Shown here in pieces: positions 52,126-61,830 of a DNA stretch of 64,000 nt. The DNA is taken from NCBI GenBank assembly GCA_045106715.1, contig JBGCFC010000009.1:1-64000 (forward strand), given 5' to 3'. How positions within the stretch are numbered: the first letter of the stretch is position 1; every line of letters begins with the position of its first letter. The translations under genes and the position numbers were made by a program. The stretch is from Sandaracinaceae bacterium. GTDB taxonomy: Bacteria > Myxococcota_A > Polyangia > Polyangiales > Sandaracinaceae. The notes under the pieces were generated by a model. That model saw nothing but the letters and a program-made list of their open reading frames with translations. It was not told where the DNA came from and did no database searches.

Positions 52126-54657
52126 TTGGGCGTACCCCACATTACATCGACCGACGAGATCGCAGAAGAGCCCGGACGCCGCCACGAGGTGCTCGGAATT
52201 CTCTGTGCGTCGGCCACGCTGCTGACCGGACTTTCACTTTGGTCGTACGACGCGCACGGCGGCGCGAACTGGATCGGTCCGGTGGGTGCCGCAGTGGCGG
52301 GCGTGCTGGCGACCGCGTTCGGCTTCGCCGCGTGCCTCGTGCCGATCGAGCTCGGCTTGGCGACGTTCCGCCTCTTCCAACGGCAGAAGGTGCCGCTCGG
52401 GGTCGGCCGGGTGGCGTCGACGGTGGTGATCGTCCTGATCGGGTGCGCGATGGTGCACCTGGCGCTGGCCGGGCAGACCGTGTTCGGTGGGCACCTGCCA
52501 GGCGGCTTGCTCGGCGAGGTGCTCGGCGAAGTGATGCGTTCGCTCCTCGGCGTCGCGGGCTCGTACGTCGTCGGCGCTGCGGTCCTTCTGATCACGATCG
52601 TCCTGCGCACGCCGTTTTCGGTCATCGAGTCCGCCCGCCGGGTGGCTCGGTCCGGCCGCGAGGCCACGTCCCGGGTGCGGGAATGGGCGGAGACCGGCGT
52701 GGAGGCGTGGCGCGAGGCCAAGGAGCTCGAGCGCCTCGAGCGGGAAGAGATGGAGAGGGAGGCGGCGCCGAAGATCGTCGACCGCACGCTCGACGACATC
52801 GACATGGACGCGGAGCCGGTCGTGTTTGCCGGGGACGACGAAGACGACGAGCCGTCGCCCCCGCCGAAGAAGGCGAAGAAGAGCCGCAAGCGCAAAGCCA
52901 AGGCCGCGCCGGCCGAGGTCGAGGTCGCCGCCACCGAAGACGAGGCGATCGAGGACGAGATCGACGAAGAGCCCGCGCCCCTCGCGGAGTTCGACGAAGA
53001 GCCGCCCGCGCCCGTGAAGGTCACGAAGGCCTCCGCCAAAAAGAAGGCCGCGGCCGGGCCGACGATCGTCGCCCCGCGTGAGAAGAAGGAGCGACCGCGC
53101 AGCATTAAGATGCCGCCGCCCGAGCCCGAGGCGCACGGCACGTTCGACCTGCCGCCCGTGGAGGTGTTCGACGCCCCGCCCGCGCAGACGATCCGCATCG
53201 ACGAGAAGACCCTGCGCGACAATGCGCATCAGCTCACCGAGACCCTCGAGGCCTACCGCGTGAAGGGGCGGGTCGACGAGATCCACCCGGGGCCGGTGGT
53301 CACCATGTACGAGTTCGAGCCGGAGAGCGGCACCAAGATCTCGAAGATCGCGGGGCTCAGTGACGACCTGGCCATGGCGCTCGCCGCCAAGAAGGTGCGC
53401 ATCGTCGCACCCATCCCGGGCAAGGCGCGCGTCGGCTTCGAGCTTCCCAACAAGGACCGGCAGACGGTCTACCTGCGGGAAGTCCTCGAGGACGATCGCT
53501 GGAGCAAGCTCAAGGCTGCGCTCCCGGTGGCGTTCGGCAAGGACATCGCGGGTCAGCCCGTCTACGGCGACCTGGCCAAGATGCCGCACCTTCTGGTCGC
53601 GGGTGCGACTGGGGCCGGCAAGAGCGTCGGGCTCAACGTCATGCTCTCGTCGCTGCTCGCGCGGCGCACGCCCGAAGAGGTCCGCATGCTCATGATCGAC
53701 CCGAAGGTCGTGGAGCTCGCGGTCTACGACGGAATCCCGCACATGTTGCTGCCCGTCGTCACCGACATGAAGAAGGCGGCGCTCGCGCTCCGCTGGGCGG
53801 TCGATGAGATGGAGCGTCGCTACCAGCTGTTCGCAGACGCGGGCGCGCGGAACATCACGACCTACAACAACCGGGTCGACAAGGTCATCAACGGCGAGAT
53901 GGCGCCGGAGAAGATGATGAAGAGCCGGCGCACCAAGGTCGTCGCGCGGGGCCCTGACGGCTCGCCCATCACCGAAGAGCAGGACGTCGAGGATTTCCGA
54001 CGCCCCGAGCGGCTCCCTTACATCGTCGTCGTCGTCGACGAGTTTGCCGACCTCATGATGGTCGCCGCCAAGGACGTCGAGGCCGCCGTTGCGCGCCTGG
54101 CGCAGAAGGCCCGTGCCGCGGGCATCCACGTCATCCTGGCCACCCAGCGACCGTCGGTCGACGTCATCACGGGCATGATCAAGGCGAACTTCCCGGCCCG
54201 GATCGCCTTCAAGGTGAGCCAGCGTCAGGACAGCGCGACCATCCTCGGCCGAAACGGCGCCGAGCACCTCCTCGGCATGGGCGACATGTTGATGATCCCG
54301 CCCGGCTCGGGGGACCTGCACCGCGTGCACTCCGCGTTCGTGAGCGAGGACGAAGTCCGGCGTCTCTGCGACCACCTCCGTGAGCAGGGCAAGCCGGTCT
54401 ACGACGAGAAGATCCTCGAGCCGCGTGCCGACGATGGCGGCGGCAGCGGTCCGGCGAGCGATGACCCCGTCTACGACAAGGCCGTCGCGTGTGTGGCCCA
54501 GGCGGGCTACTGCTCGATCAGCCACATCCAGCGGCAGCTGAGCGTCGGGTACAACAAGGCGGCCAAGCTCGTCGACCGGATGGAAAAGGAGGGCGTCGTC
54601 GGCCCCGCCAGCTCCAAGGCCGGCGGTCGGCGCGAGGTGCTCATCGCGACGGTCTGA
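52126..54657 (+). CDS. ftsK: DNA translocase FtsK/SpoIIIE
   Basis: The TTG start is 8 nt after AGGGAGG. N-terminal transmembrane helices are followed by an acidic/Lys-rich linker. The motor domain has Walker A VAGATGAGKS and Walker B VVVVDEFADL. The gamma winged-helix domain at the C-terminus reads ...YDKAVACVAQAGYCSISHIQRQLSVGYNKAAKLVDRME. Confidence 0.9.
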   Translation: MGVPHITSTDEIAEEPGRRHEVLGILCASATLLTGLSLWSYDAHGGANWIGPVGAAVAGVLATAFGFAACLVPIELGLATFRLFQRQKVPLGVGRVASTVVIVLIGCAMVHLALAGQTVFGGHLPGGLLGEVLGEVMRSLLGVAGSYVVGAAVLLITIVLRTPFSVIESARRVARSGREATSRVREWAETGVEAWREAKELERLEREEMEREAAPKIVDRTLDDIDMDAEPVVFAGDDEDDEPSPPPKKAKKSRKRKAKAAPAEVEVAATEDEAIEDEIDEEPAPLAEFDEEPPAPVKVTKASAKKKAAAGPTIVAPREKKERPRSIKMPPPEPEAHGTFDLPPVEVFDAPPAQTIRIDEKTLRDNAHQLTETLEAYRVKGRVDEIHPGPVVTMYEFEPESGTKISKIAGLSDDLAMALAAKKVRIVAPIPGKARVGFELPNKDRQTVYLREVLEDDRWSKLKAALPVAFGKDIAGQPVYGDLAKMPHLLVAGATGAGKSVGLNVMLSSLLARRTPEEVRMLMIDPKVVELAVYDGIPHMLLPVVTDMKKAALALRWAVDEMERRYQLFADAGARNITTYNNRVDKVINGEMAPEKMMKSRRTKVVARGPDGSPITEEQDVEDFRRPERLPYIVVVVDEFADLMMVAAKDVEAAVARLAQKARAAGIHVILATQRPSVDVITGMIKANFPARIAFKVSQRQDSATILGRNGAEHLLGMGDMLMIPPGSGDLHRVHSAFVSEDEVRRLCDHLREQGKPVYDEKILEPRADDGGGSGPASDDPVYDKAVACVAQAGYCSISHIQRQLSVGYNKAAKLVDRMEKEGVVGPASSKAGGRREVLIATV

Positions 54658-54808
54658 TCCTCGTCCGGCTCATCGTGAGGGCATCGTTGCCCGACAGCGA
54701 CCCGGGCTTCGCGCTGCGAGCGCGGGCGCTGCGTTCATCCCCTTCTTCGCCGTGGGACACGGGGCCAAGGCGCATAGCCCCGAGGCCGCTTGCTAGCTAG
54801 TCTTGGGC

Positions 54809-56446
54809 ATGCGACCTGTGTTGTTCGCCCTTTGCCTGGCCGCCTGCAGCCGGGCGCCCTCCGCTCCCCGGCCGGAGGCGCCTCGGGCTCCATCGCTGTC
54901 TCCCCATTCGATCGCGACAGAGGTCGCCGAGGGGGACGTGCTGGCCTACAAGGTCGTCTCCGTCTCGCAGCAGGAGGGCCGGCCGGAGGCGCGGCGTGAG
55001 GCGGTGCTCTATGTCGAGCGCCGGGGGACCGAGCTCATCGCGCACGGCTTCGAGAGCGGGCCTGTCCCCGAGGCGCTCGCGCGCCGCTGGTGGCTTCCGA
55101 GCCCCTCGGACCCGGCCGAGTGGGTCGTGCCGGGCGAAGGACGTACCTCGAACGTCGTGCGTGCCGACTTCGTGGTCCAGGATGAGCACGAGGTCACGGA
55201 AGGCGACGAAGGTCTGGTGGTCGTCACGACACGGGTCGCGCGCTTCGCCCTCCTTGGCGAGATGCGCTGCCGCTACGAGGGCCTCTTCGACCCGGCCCAT
55301 GAGCGCTACATTCGGATGCGGTCGGAATGCAGCACGAGCTTGGACACCTCGGGCTCCGGCCTCAGTGGCAGGGCAATGGAGGCACGCGGTCGCTCGCGGT
55401 TCGAAGCCTCGTTCGACGAGGAGGCGGCCGCGTTGCGTCGCGCGTCTCTGGCCCGGTACCCGACCCTCCGAAGCGAAGCTCGCGACGGCCTCGACGCGTA
55501 CCTCGCGGCGCACCCCGTCGAGAGCGAGATCACGCGTGCGCTCGACGCGGGCAACCTGCCCCTCTTCTACACTCGGTCTCACGCGGCCGAGGTCTGGACG
55601 GCGGTTCTCGACAATGACCGATACCACCCCCTCTTTCCGCGCCTGACGATGCCGTACTTCCTGGGAGGCTTGCCCGACGAGGTCGTCCCCGTGCTCCTGG
55701 CGCGCCTCGATGATCCGGACGTTGCGCGTTTCGTCGCGGGGTCGACCGATCCCGAGCTGCGGGCCGCCGTCGAGCGCCTGGCGGCTGGTGAAGCTGGGGT
55801 GCTCCGCGAACGTGCTGCGGAGACCCTTCTTACCGCGTCGCGGCAGCCAGCCGACCTACGCGGTATGGCCTTGAACGAACTCGCCATGTACGGCACGCGC
55901 ATGTTGGCCGTGGCGCCGCCGGAGCGATACGTGCCCGTGTTGATCGACATCCTCGCCGAGGCCCCGGACGGACCGCGGTCGGCGATCGTCGTTCAGTGGC
56001 TGGAGGCGCTCACCTTGCGGTCGCACGGTCGCGACGTGGCGGCGTGGCAGGGCTTCTGGACCGAGCACCACGACCGCCCGCACCGCGCGTGGTGCCTCGA
56101 CGCGGCCGAGAGCTCCGTTCCGTTGCTGCGCGCCGCGGCCTTTCGATCCCTCGCGGCACAGGACCCGGGGGATCCGGCGCGCGCTCTGCTCACCACTGCG
56201 CTCGCCGACCCGGCCGAGGGTGTGCGCGACGCCGCCGCGCGGACCCTGTTGGTGTGGGGCGATCGCGCCGCGTTCGCTCACGCGCTGCGCGCCCTCGACA
56301 GCTTCTCGCTAGCGCGCCGTCGCGTCGGCTTCGACATGCTCACCTATTTCGGCGAGCACGCCCTCGGCTACGCGCCCGACGCCCCGGAGGAAGAACGTGT
56401 CGCGGCGATTGCCCGCTGGCGCGCCTGGGCCGCGCGCCGACCTTGA
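54809..56446 (+). CDS. HEAT/PBS-lyase-like repeat lipoprotein
   Basis: The N-terminus MRPVLFALCLAACS has a lipobox; a TTG at 54803 is an alternative start. The C-terminal half has HEAT-like repeats (LADPAEGVRDAAARTLLVWGDRAAFAHALRAL). Confidence 0.6.
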   Translation: MRPVLFALCLAACSRAPSAPRPEAPRAPSLSPHSIATEVAEGDVLAYKVVSVSQQEGRPEARREAVLYVERRGTELIAHGFESGPVPEALARRWWLPSPSDPAEWVVPGEGRTSNVVRADFVVQDEHEVTEGDEGLVVVTTRVARFALLGEMRCRYEGLFDPAHERYIRMRSECSTSLDTSGSGLSGRAMEARGRSRFEASFDEEAAALRRASLARYPTLRSEARDGLDAYLAAHPVESEITRALDAGNLPLFYTRSHAAEVWTAVLDNDRYHPLFPRLTMPYFLGGLPDEVVPVLLARLDDPDVARFVAGSTDPELRAAVERLAAGEAGVLRERAAETLLTASRQPADLRGMALNELAMYGTRMLAVAPPERYVPVLIDILAEAPDGPRSAIVVQWLEALTLRSHGRDVAAWQGFWTEHHDRPHRAWCLDAAESSVPLLRAAAFRSLAAQDPGDPARALLTTALADPAEGVRDAAARTLLVWGDRAAFAHALRALDSFSLARRRVGFDMLTYFGEHALGYAPDAPEEERVAAIARWRAWAARRP

Positions 56447-56476
56447 ACGGCGCCCCCGAAAGCGTGAGGGGTCCAA

Positions 56477-56740
56477 GTGGGTGTCTCGTATGAATGGAGG
56501 GGGCAATGGGTGCCGGCGTGCCACGAATGCTCGAACTCGGAAGCCGACTGCGACCAGGAGAATGGTGCCCACGCGTCGTTCACCCGCTGCGGTGAGAACG
56601 CCCGAGGGGAGGGCGGAGGCGCCACCTGCGCGGAGGAAGACGGAGTGATGCGGTGCCAAGGTCACTGTGGGCCGATCCTCCGCCCGGGCTGCCAGAGATT
56701 CAGCTGGGGGCGCGACGCCGACGCGGCTTTCACACGCTGA
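56477..56740 (+). CDS. Candidate small Cys-rich ORF (8 Cys in 87 aa), speculative
   Basis: GC3 is about 77 % and there is no signal peptide. Cys clusters include CHECSNSEADC...CGEN...TCAEED...CQGHCGPILRPGC. A second Cys-containing ORF (56667..56858) continues in another frame, so a frameshift cannot be excluded. Confidence 0.2.
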   Translation: MGVSYEWRGQWVPACHECSNSEADCDQENGAHASFTRCGENARGEGGGATCAEEDGVMRCQGHCGPILRPGCQRFSWGRDADAAFTR

Positions 56741-56916
56741 ACTGGGGCGCGGCGCCGCCGAGCAGTGTCAGGCGTACTGCGACGACAACGCCGGCGATTG
56801 CTACACCGTCGAGACCTCGCCTTCGCCCGAGTGCGACGAATCCCGATTCGGGTGCTGAGGACAACCCGTCCATCATGGCTTGCGACTAGCCGAACGCGGT
56901 TCGCGCTCCGAACGCG

Positions 56917-58157
56917 TCATCGCAGGACGCGGAGAGCCTTGCTCTGGGGGGCGGCGATGGGGCTGGGGTCCTCCCAGTCCTCCTCGACGAGGTCGAAGCG
57001 GCCGTGGTCGAAGGGCTGCCCGATGCCCACCTCGTTCTGCACCAGCCGCTCGCGCTTCCCGCGTCGGCGATGATCGAGGGCGCGGTGGTAGCAGTAGGGG
57101 TTGTTGCCTGGGCGGCCCAACAGAACCGACGAGGTCCAGGTGCAGCCCGCTCGGCACTCTTCGGCGTAGTAGCAGCCGCGGCAGTAGCCCCAGAGCGCGC
57201 GTCGACTTCGCGGTCGCGCACATAGCGAAGTGGAGGCGTGTCCTCCCAGATGTCCCGGACCGATCGCTCGCGAACGGAGCCTCCGACCCAGGAGGCGCTC
57301 GGAAGCGACGGGCAGCCCTTGATGCTGCCGTCGGACTCGATGCCAAGCGCGCTGACGCCTGCGATGCACCCACCCCAGGCGCGTGAGTCGTCGATCCCGC
57401 GTCCGCGCAGGGTCGTCTCCTCGGGCCCGAAGTACCCGACGTTGTTGCCAGGGAACAGCAGGAGCCCCTCCCGCGCGCCGCGTTCGGCGAGCTCCCCCAG
57501 CTTTGGGAACACCTCGATCAGCTCCCACGGCTGCAGGAGCCAGTGCGGCCGCTCGGCGGCGCGTCCCATGGGCACGGTCATCGCGAGCTGCCAGCCCGTG
57601 GCCCCGTGCGCGCGGAGGTGGTCGTAGATCCCGTCCAGCTCCGGAAACGAGAGGCGGTTGATCTGTGAGTTCCCGGTGACCACCAGGCCCGCCTCGACGG
57701 CGTTCTTCATGCCTTGCGTCGCCGCGTCGAAGGCGCCGCGAAGGCCGCGCTGGAGGTCGTGGGTGTCCCGAAGCCCGTCGATCGAGAAGCTCACCGCGTC
57801 GAGGCCCGCGTCCTTCGCGGCGCGCGCGCGCTCCGCGGTCAGCGACCGGCCGCCACTCACCATCGCGGCGCGCATGCCGCGGTCGGCGATCGCGCCGATG
57901 ATGGTCGTCCAGTCCTCGCGCAGGTAGGCCTCGCCGCCGATGAGCACGACCTCGTGAGTCCCCATGTCGGCCAGCTGCGCGACGACGTCGAGGGCCTCCT
58001 CGGTGCTCAGTTCGTTGGAGCGTGGTTTGCCGGCCCGCGAGCCGCAATGATGGCAGGACAGATCACACGCGAGCGTGATTTCCCACACCACATAGCGGAG
58101 CTCCGTGGCGCGCTCGTCTCCAGGACGAGGGACGCGGCCCCCGCCGACGTCGTTCAA
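56917..58157 (-). pseudogene. Radical SAM / SPASM-domain protein with an apparent frameshift near 57193-57205
   Basis: The TTG start at 58157 is the only in-frame start. The CX3CX2C motif is ACDLSCHHCGS. The twitch/SPASM cysteines ...GCPSLP... and, in the other frame, ...LWGYCRGCYYAEECRAGCTWTSSVLLGRPGNNPYCYHRAL are intact. Coding switches from frame 58157 to frame 58047 inside a gcgcgc run. Confidence 0.55.
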
Positions 58158-58321
58158 GAGCCCGCGTCGTCAGCGCCGGCGCTCGCACCACTGTCGGCCG
58201 CGGCGGCGTCGGTCATATCGTCCCCCCCGGCGTCGGGTGGCGGGTCGGGCGGTACCCCATAGACGCAGCCCGCCGTGGCGAGCAGCAGCGCTCCTGCGAC
58301 GGCCTTTCCGGCCCTCTTCTT

Positions 58322-58567
58322 TCACGTGTGTCCACACCAGGGACAGTCTGTCCCGTCCCTCAAGGGGGTTCGGCACGTCAGGCAAGGCGATAGCGACATC
58401 CGCCGAGATTCTGTGAAGACGTGCTCGGCGTCAAGCAAGCCCTCCTCCAACGCTCCCTGGGCGCGCCCACGGTCGTCCGTTGCTCGCTGTGCCGGACAAT
58501 CGTAGAGACCGGGACCGTCCGGATCGTGTCTGTGCTCCGGAAGCTTCGCCGCGACCTCGGACACCAT
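58322..58567 (-). CDS. Candidate small Cys-containing ORF upstream of the radical SAM gene, speculative
   Basis: The 81-aa product has 6 Cys and ends ...SPCLTCRTPLRDGTDCPWCGHT. GC3 is about 72 %, which is low for this genome. It lies 165 nt upstream of the radical SAM start in a 950-bp lower-GC gap. Confidence 0.2.
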   Translation of the reverse strand: MVSEVAAKLPEHRHDPDGPGLYDCPAQRATDDRGRAQGALEEGLLDAEHVFTESRRMSLSPCLTCRTPLRDGTDCPWCGHT

Positions 58568-59107
58568 GCAGTAGCCGAGAGCGCTCGCTTCTTCGGGGCC
58601 TCGATGGTCATCCGCACCTCAGCCGGTCTGCGTCCGCGCGCCCGCAACCGTCATGAAATAGCGCCGCTGTGGCACAAACAGGCGCCTTCACCTCACGCGA
58701 GGGGACGAGGGCTTCTTCGACCGCGAAGAGGAAGCACGCCTCGGTCTGAGGGCTCGCCTCGCCCACGACGACAGCCGTGTCGGCCAGTGGAACTTGGGCC
58801 TCTTGTACCGGATCATGGACACGATCCGCGGGGTCGAGATCGGGTCGACGTTTCCCATGCCGCGTGAGGTGCTGCAGTACACGCCGTTCACCCGTCTGTA
58901 TCCGATGGGTCATCCCGCACGTGCATGGAGCCCGTTCATCAGCAAGCCGCGCCGCCGACCCCGCCGAGGGCATCCTCGAGGTGGTGGTCCCCGCGTCTCA
59001 AGTGGAAGGACTCGAAGGCGGAGCGACGTACGACTCCTCCGCGCAGTGGCACGACCTGCCCAGCTGAAGCACGGCCTCGACGAGTGGGTGTCTGAACGTG
59101 AACGCGC

Positions 59108-60835
59108 TCAGTCCCAGGCGCCGATGCGAGTGGCTGCTTCCCGGCACGCGGAGCTCGGCCCCGGGGCGTACGAGTCGGCGACAAACATCGGGTCGGCGAA
59201 GCGCGAGCCGTCGTCGAAGCCGAGCGCTCGCCACTCCACGAAGCCGCCGGTTGCCCGGCCGAAGCGGAAGCCCGTATCGTCGGCGGGGCCGAAGAAGCAG
59301 TTCTCCTCACTCGCGAGGATGGATGCGCTCGGCGCGTCCTGCCAAGGGTGGATCCAGGTGTAGTGCGGCTCGCTCTCGCCGCTCCCCGGCGTCCGTTCGA
59401 GCATGAAGACGTTGCGGCGTGAGGTGACGCCGTCTTGCGCGAAACCTTGGGAGACTTCGAAGGCCCGGCTCGCCCCGACGACCGTGTTGTACTCCATGAG
59501 CATGCCGCCTCTCGTCGAGGCGCTGGGATCGGTGATGGCCACGCTCAGGCCCGTGTCGTTGTCCTCGAACGTATTGAAGCGAATCGTGGTCCCGTCGTCC
59601 GTGCCGCCCCAGCCGTAGGTGCTGCCGACTTCGCGGTTGCCATGAAGGACCAGCCGACCCTCGCCCGCGTGCTTCATCTTGAAGCCGCTGATGCTCCCGG
59701 AAGAGAAGCTGTCGATGATGTAGACGGTGCCCGTCACGCTGCGGTCCGTGTAGACGAGGTAGTTCGAGCTGTTCCAGTGTTCGCTCTCGCGATCGTAGTT
59801 GTCCATGGCGACGCAGCGATGGCAGACGGCGTCGTTCCCGCTCATCAGAAAACCCGTGCAGTTCGACGTGTGCGACCAGTTCGAGTCGCGGACCGTGACG
59901 TTCTGAAAGACGTTGTGGCTGCCCGAGAGGATGGCGCCGCCGCGTTCGTCTGCTGCGGCGCCACGGACTTCGATGTCCGCGTGAAGGATGTAGCTGCCGC
60001 CGAAGGTCCAGAGCCCGTGGCCGCGCTCACCGCAGTCGAGGACAACCGACTCGCCGGGGTAGCCGCGCACCACGTACGGAGCATCGGGGGTTCCGTCGGT
60101 GTTGCGGAAGGGCGAGGTGACCCCGCCAACCTCCCAGTTCCAGGTGATGTCGTACGTCCCGCCACGGATCAGCAACGTGCCCTCGTCGCGAGCGGTGAGC
60201 GCGCGCATGGCCGCATCGACATCGGCGAGCGGTGCATCGATCGTCCCGGTCGCGCCTTCTGCGCCTTCGGGAGCGACGAAGACGAAGAGCGACGCATCGA
60301 CGGCGAGAGTGACAGGCACGGTGACGGGCTCGCCGCGTCCGTCGTCGACGCCGACGGTGAAGCTGTGGCTGCTGCCGTCGACGGTGGGCTCCCAGGTGAT
60401 CGTCCCGTTGGCGTCGATCTCCATGCCGGTGGGTGCCCCTTCGAGGGAGAAGATCAGCCTGTCGTGGTCGGGGTCGTAGGCGACCATCGTGAACTCGAAG
60501 GGCACGTCGGGATGCGCGTGCGCTGGCTTGGGCCACGCCACCACCGGCGGCTCTCCCCGACCCGCGGCGTGTGTGGTGGGCGTGCCCACCGCGGCGTATC
60601 CAGACATCGCTGTGGCTGCGTCGCCGCCACCATCGGTCGCAACGTCGGCGTCGCCGCCATCGACGACCTGTCCCGCGTCGCTCCCCAGGCCGCCGTCAAT
60701 GGAGCCAGCGCCAGTGGAGCCAGCGCCAGTGGAGCCAGCGTCAGTGGAGCCGGCGTCTTCGGTGCCCGGGTCCGTGCCGCAGGCCGCGGCAAACGTGAGA
60801 GAGACCACAATGAGTGCAGACAGCGCTCTCTGCAT
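59108..60835 (-). CDS. Lipoprotein with a cadherin-like Ig domain and a right-handed parallel beta-helix (pectate-lyase-fold) domain
   Basis: The lipobox is LTFAAACGTD. A Gly/Ser/Asp-rich linker follows. The Ig/cadherin-like segment is ...FEFTMVAYDPDHDRLIFSLEGAPTGMEIDANGTITWEPT.... The beta-helix repeats include NCTGF..., SGNDAV.... and NVTVRDSNWS. Confidence 0.65.
   Translation of the reverse strand: MQRALSALIVVSLTFAAACGTDPGTEDAGSTDAGSTGAGSTGAGSIDGGLGSDAGQVVDGGDADVATDGGGDAATAMSGYAAVGTPTTHAAGRGEPPVVAWPKPAHAHPDVPFEFTMVAYDPDHDRLIFSLEGAPTGMEIDANGTITWEPTVDGSSHSFTVGVDDGRGEPVTVPVTLAVDASLFVFVAPEGAEGATGTIDAPLADVDAAMRALTARDEGTLLIRGGTYDITWNWEVGGVTSPFRNTDGTPDAPYVVRGYPGESVVLDCGERGHGLWTFGGSYILHADIEVRGAAADERGGAILSGSHNVFQNVTVRDSNWSHTSNCTGFLMSGNDAVCHRCVAMDNYDRESEHWNSSNYLVYTDRSVTGTVYIIDSFSSGSISGFKMKHAGEGRLVLHGNREVGSTYGWGGTDDGTTIRFNTFEDNDTGLSVAITDPSASTRGGMLMEYNTVVGASRAFEVSQGFAQDGVTSRRNVFMLERTPGSGESEPHYTWIHPWQDAPSASILASEENCFFGPADDTGFRFGRATGGFVEWRALGFDDGSRFADPMFVADSYAPGPSSACREAATRIGAWD
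60701..60757. repeat. Tandem 15-bp repeat (ggagccagcgccagt, 3-4 copies) encoding (T/S)(D/G)AGS pentapeptides in the lipoprotein linker
   Basis: The direct repeats are visible in the sequence. Confidence 0.7.
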
Positions 60836-60944
60836 GTCCCGATGCTAGCTCGCACGTGAGGCGACACCAAGGAGGACCGCGCGAGTGCCGGTCATGGGAC
60901 GGCACGAAGTCGCCTCTTCGTGCTCGAGCGCCGGCGTCTCGGTC

Positions 60945-61160
60945 CTACCCCTCCTGAATGCGTGCCTTCCGGTTCGCATCGGCCTGGGCCAGGTCCTCTG
61001 CGATGGCACGCAGGAACATGGCGTCGTTGCCGGCGTCCGCGCCGGTGTCCTCGTCTTCGCTGGGGTCTTCACCGATGCGTCCGTAGTACGCAGCGTGAAA
61101 ACGCACGGCGTCGAGCACAAACGAGAGCGCCTTGCCCGTCAGCGTGATGCCTTCTTCCAT
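60945..61160 (-). CDS. Small acidic protein (71 aa), hypothetical
   Basis: The internal start MEEGITLTGKALSFVLDAVRFHAAYYGRIGEDPSEDEDTG... is coherent; the upstream part of the ORF overlaps the 61180 gene and is junk. No SD was seen. Confidence 0.3.
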   Translation of the reverse strand: MEEGITLTGKALSFVLDAVRFHAAYYGRIGEDPSEDEDTGADAGNDAMFLRAIAEDLAQADANRKARIQEG

Positions 61161-61179
61161 GGCCCGGATTACCGCGCCA

Positions 61180-61650
61180 TCACTCCCGAACCAGCACGTG
61201 AATGGGGGTGCTGTGTGCCTCGCCCACGTCGAGCTGAAGCGTGTGGTCGCCGGGCGACAGCAACCGAACGCCCAGGTTCTCGTCCCACTCGACGCTCTGC
61301 CCGGGCGCGAGGTGCGTGAAGCCGTGACCTGCGAGGTCCAGCTCGATCGGGTCGTCTCCATCGATGCGGAGCTCGGCGGCGAGCGCGTCGGCGATCACGT
61401 CCTCATGGCCCTCGTTGGTGATCACGACATGCATGCTCATGTCGTCGCGCTCGCCGATCACGACCTCGGGCTCGGACGAGAGGCTCACCGAAAGCGCGGT
61501 TCCAGACTGGGCGGGCACGCCGTCGCGCATCACCTCGTCGTTGCCGCTCGCCTCCGGGAAGCCTGCGCGGTGGTGGGCCGTGCCGCCGGCGGACCCGGCC
61601 GAGCTCGCGCAACCCAGGGAGAAAACAACCAGTCCGATGAGGATGCGCAT
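61180..61650 (-). CDS. Small lipoprotein, hypothetical
   Basis: The N-terminus MRILIGLVVFSLGCASS has a lipobox. The ORF is continuous and GC3-rich. Confidence 0.55.
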   Translation of the reverse strand: MRILIGLVVFSLGCASSAGSAGGTAHHRAGFPEASGNDEVMRDGVPAQSGTALSVSLSSEPEVVIGERDDMSMHVVITNEGHEDVIADALAAELRIDGDDPIELDLAGHGFTHLAPGQSVEWDENLGVRLLSPGDHTLQLDVGEAHSTPIHVLVRE

Positions 61651-61830
61651 AACCGGATTCTAGGGCCCCTGCGGGCGGTTGGGGAGAGGCGTCGCGTTGA
61701 TGTCACCCAGCTCCCGCTCGTGTCTCCTCGACGATGTGGGCACATCGCTTCGTCGCGCCGGACGCAACCCGGGTGACGTGTCCTGCGCGATCCGAGTGCG
61801 ACTTCCGACTCGAAAGTCTAGAGTGGGGCG

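Noticed and set aside
54996-56281. Alternate-frame ORFs inside the HEAT lipoprotein gene
   Set aside because: They are shadow ORFs. The chosen frame has a lipobox and repeats.
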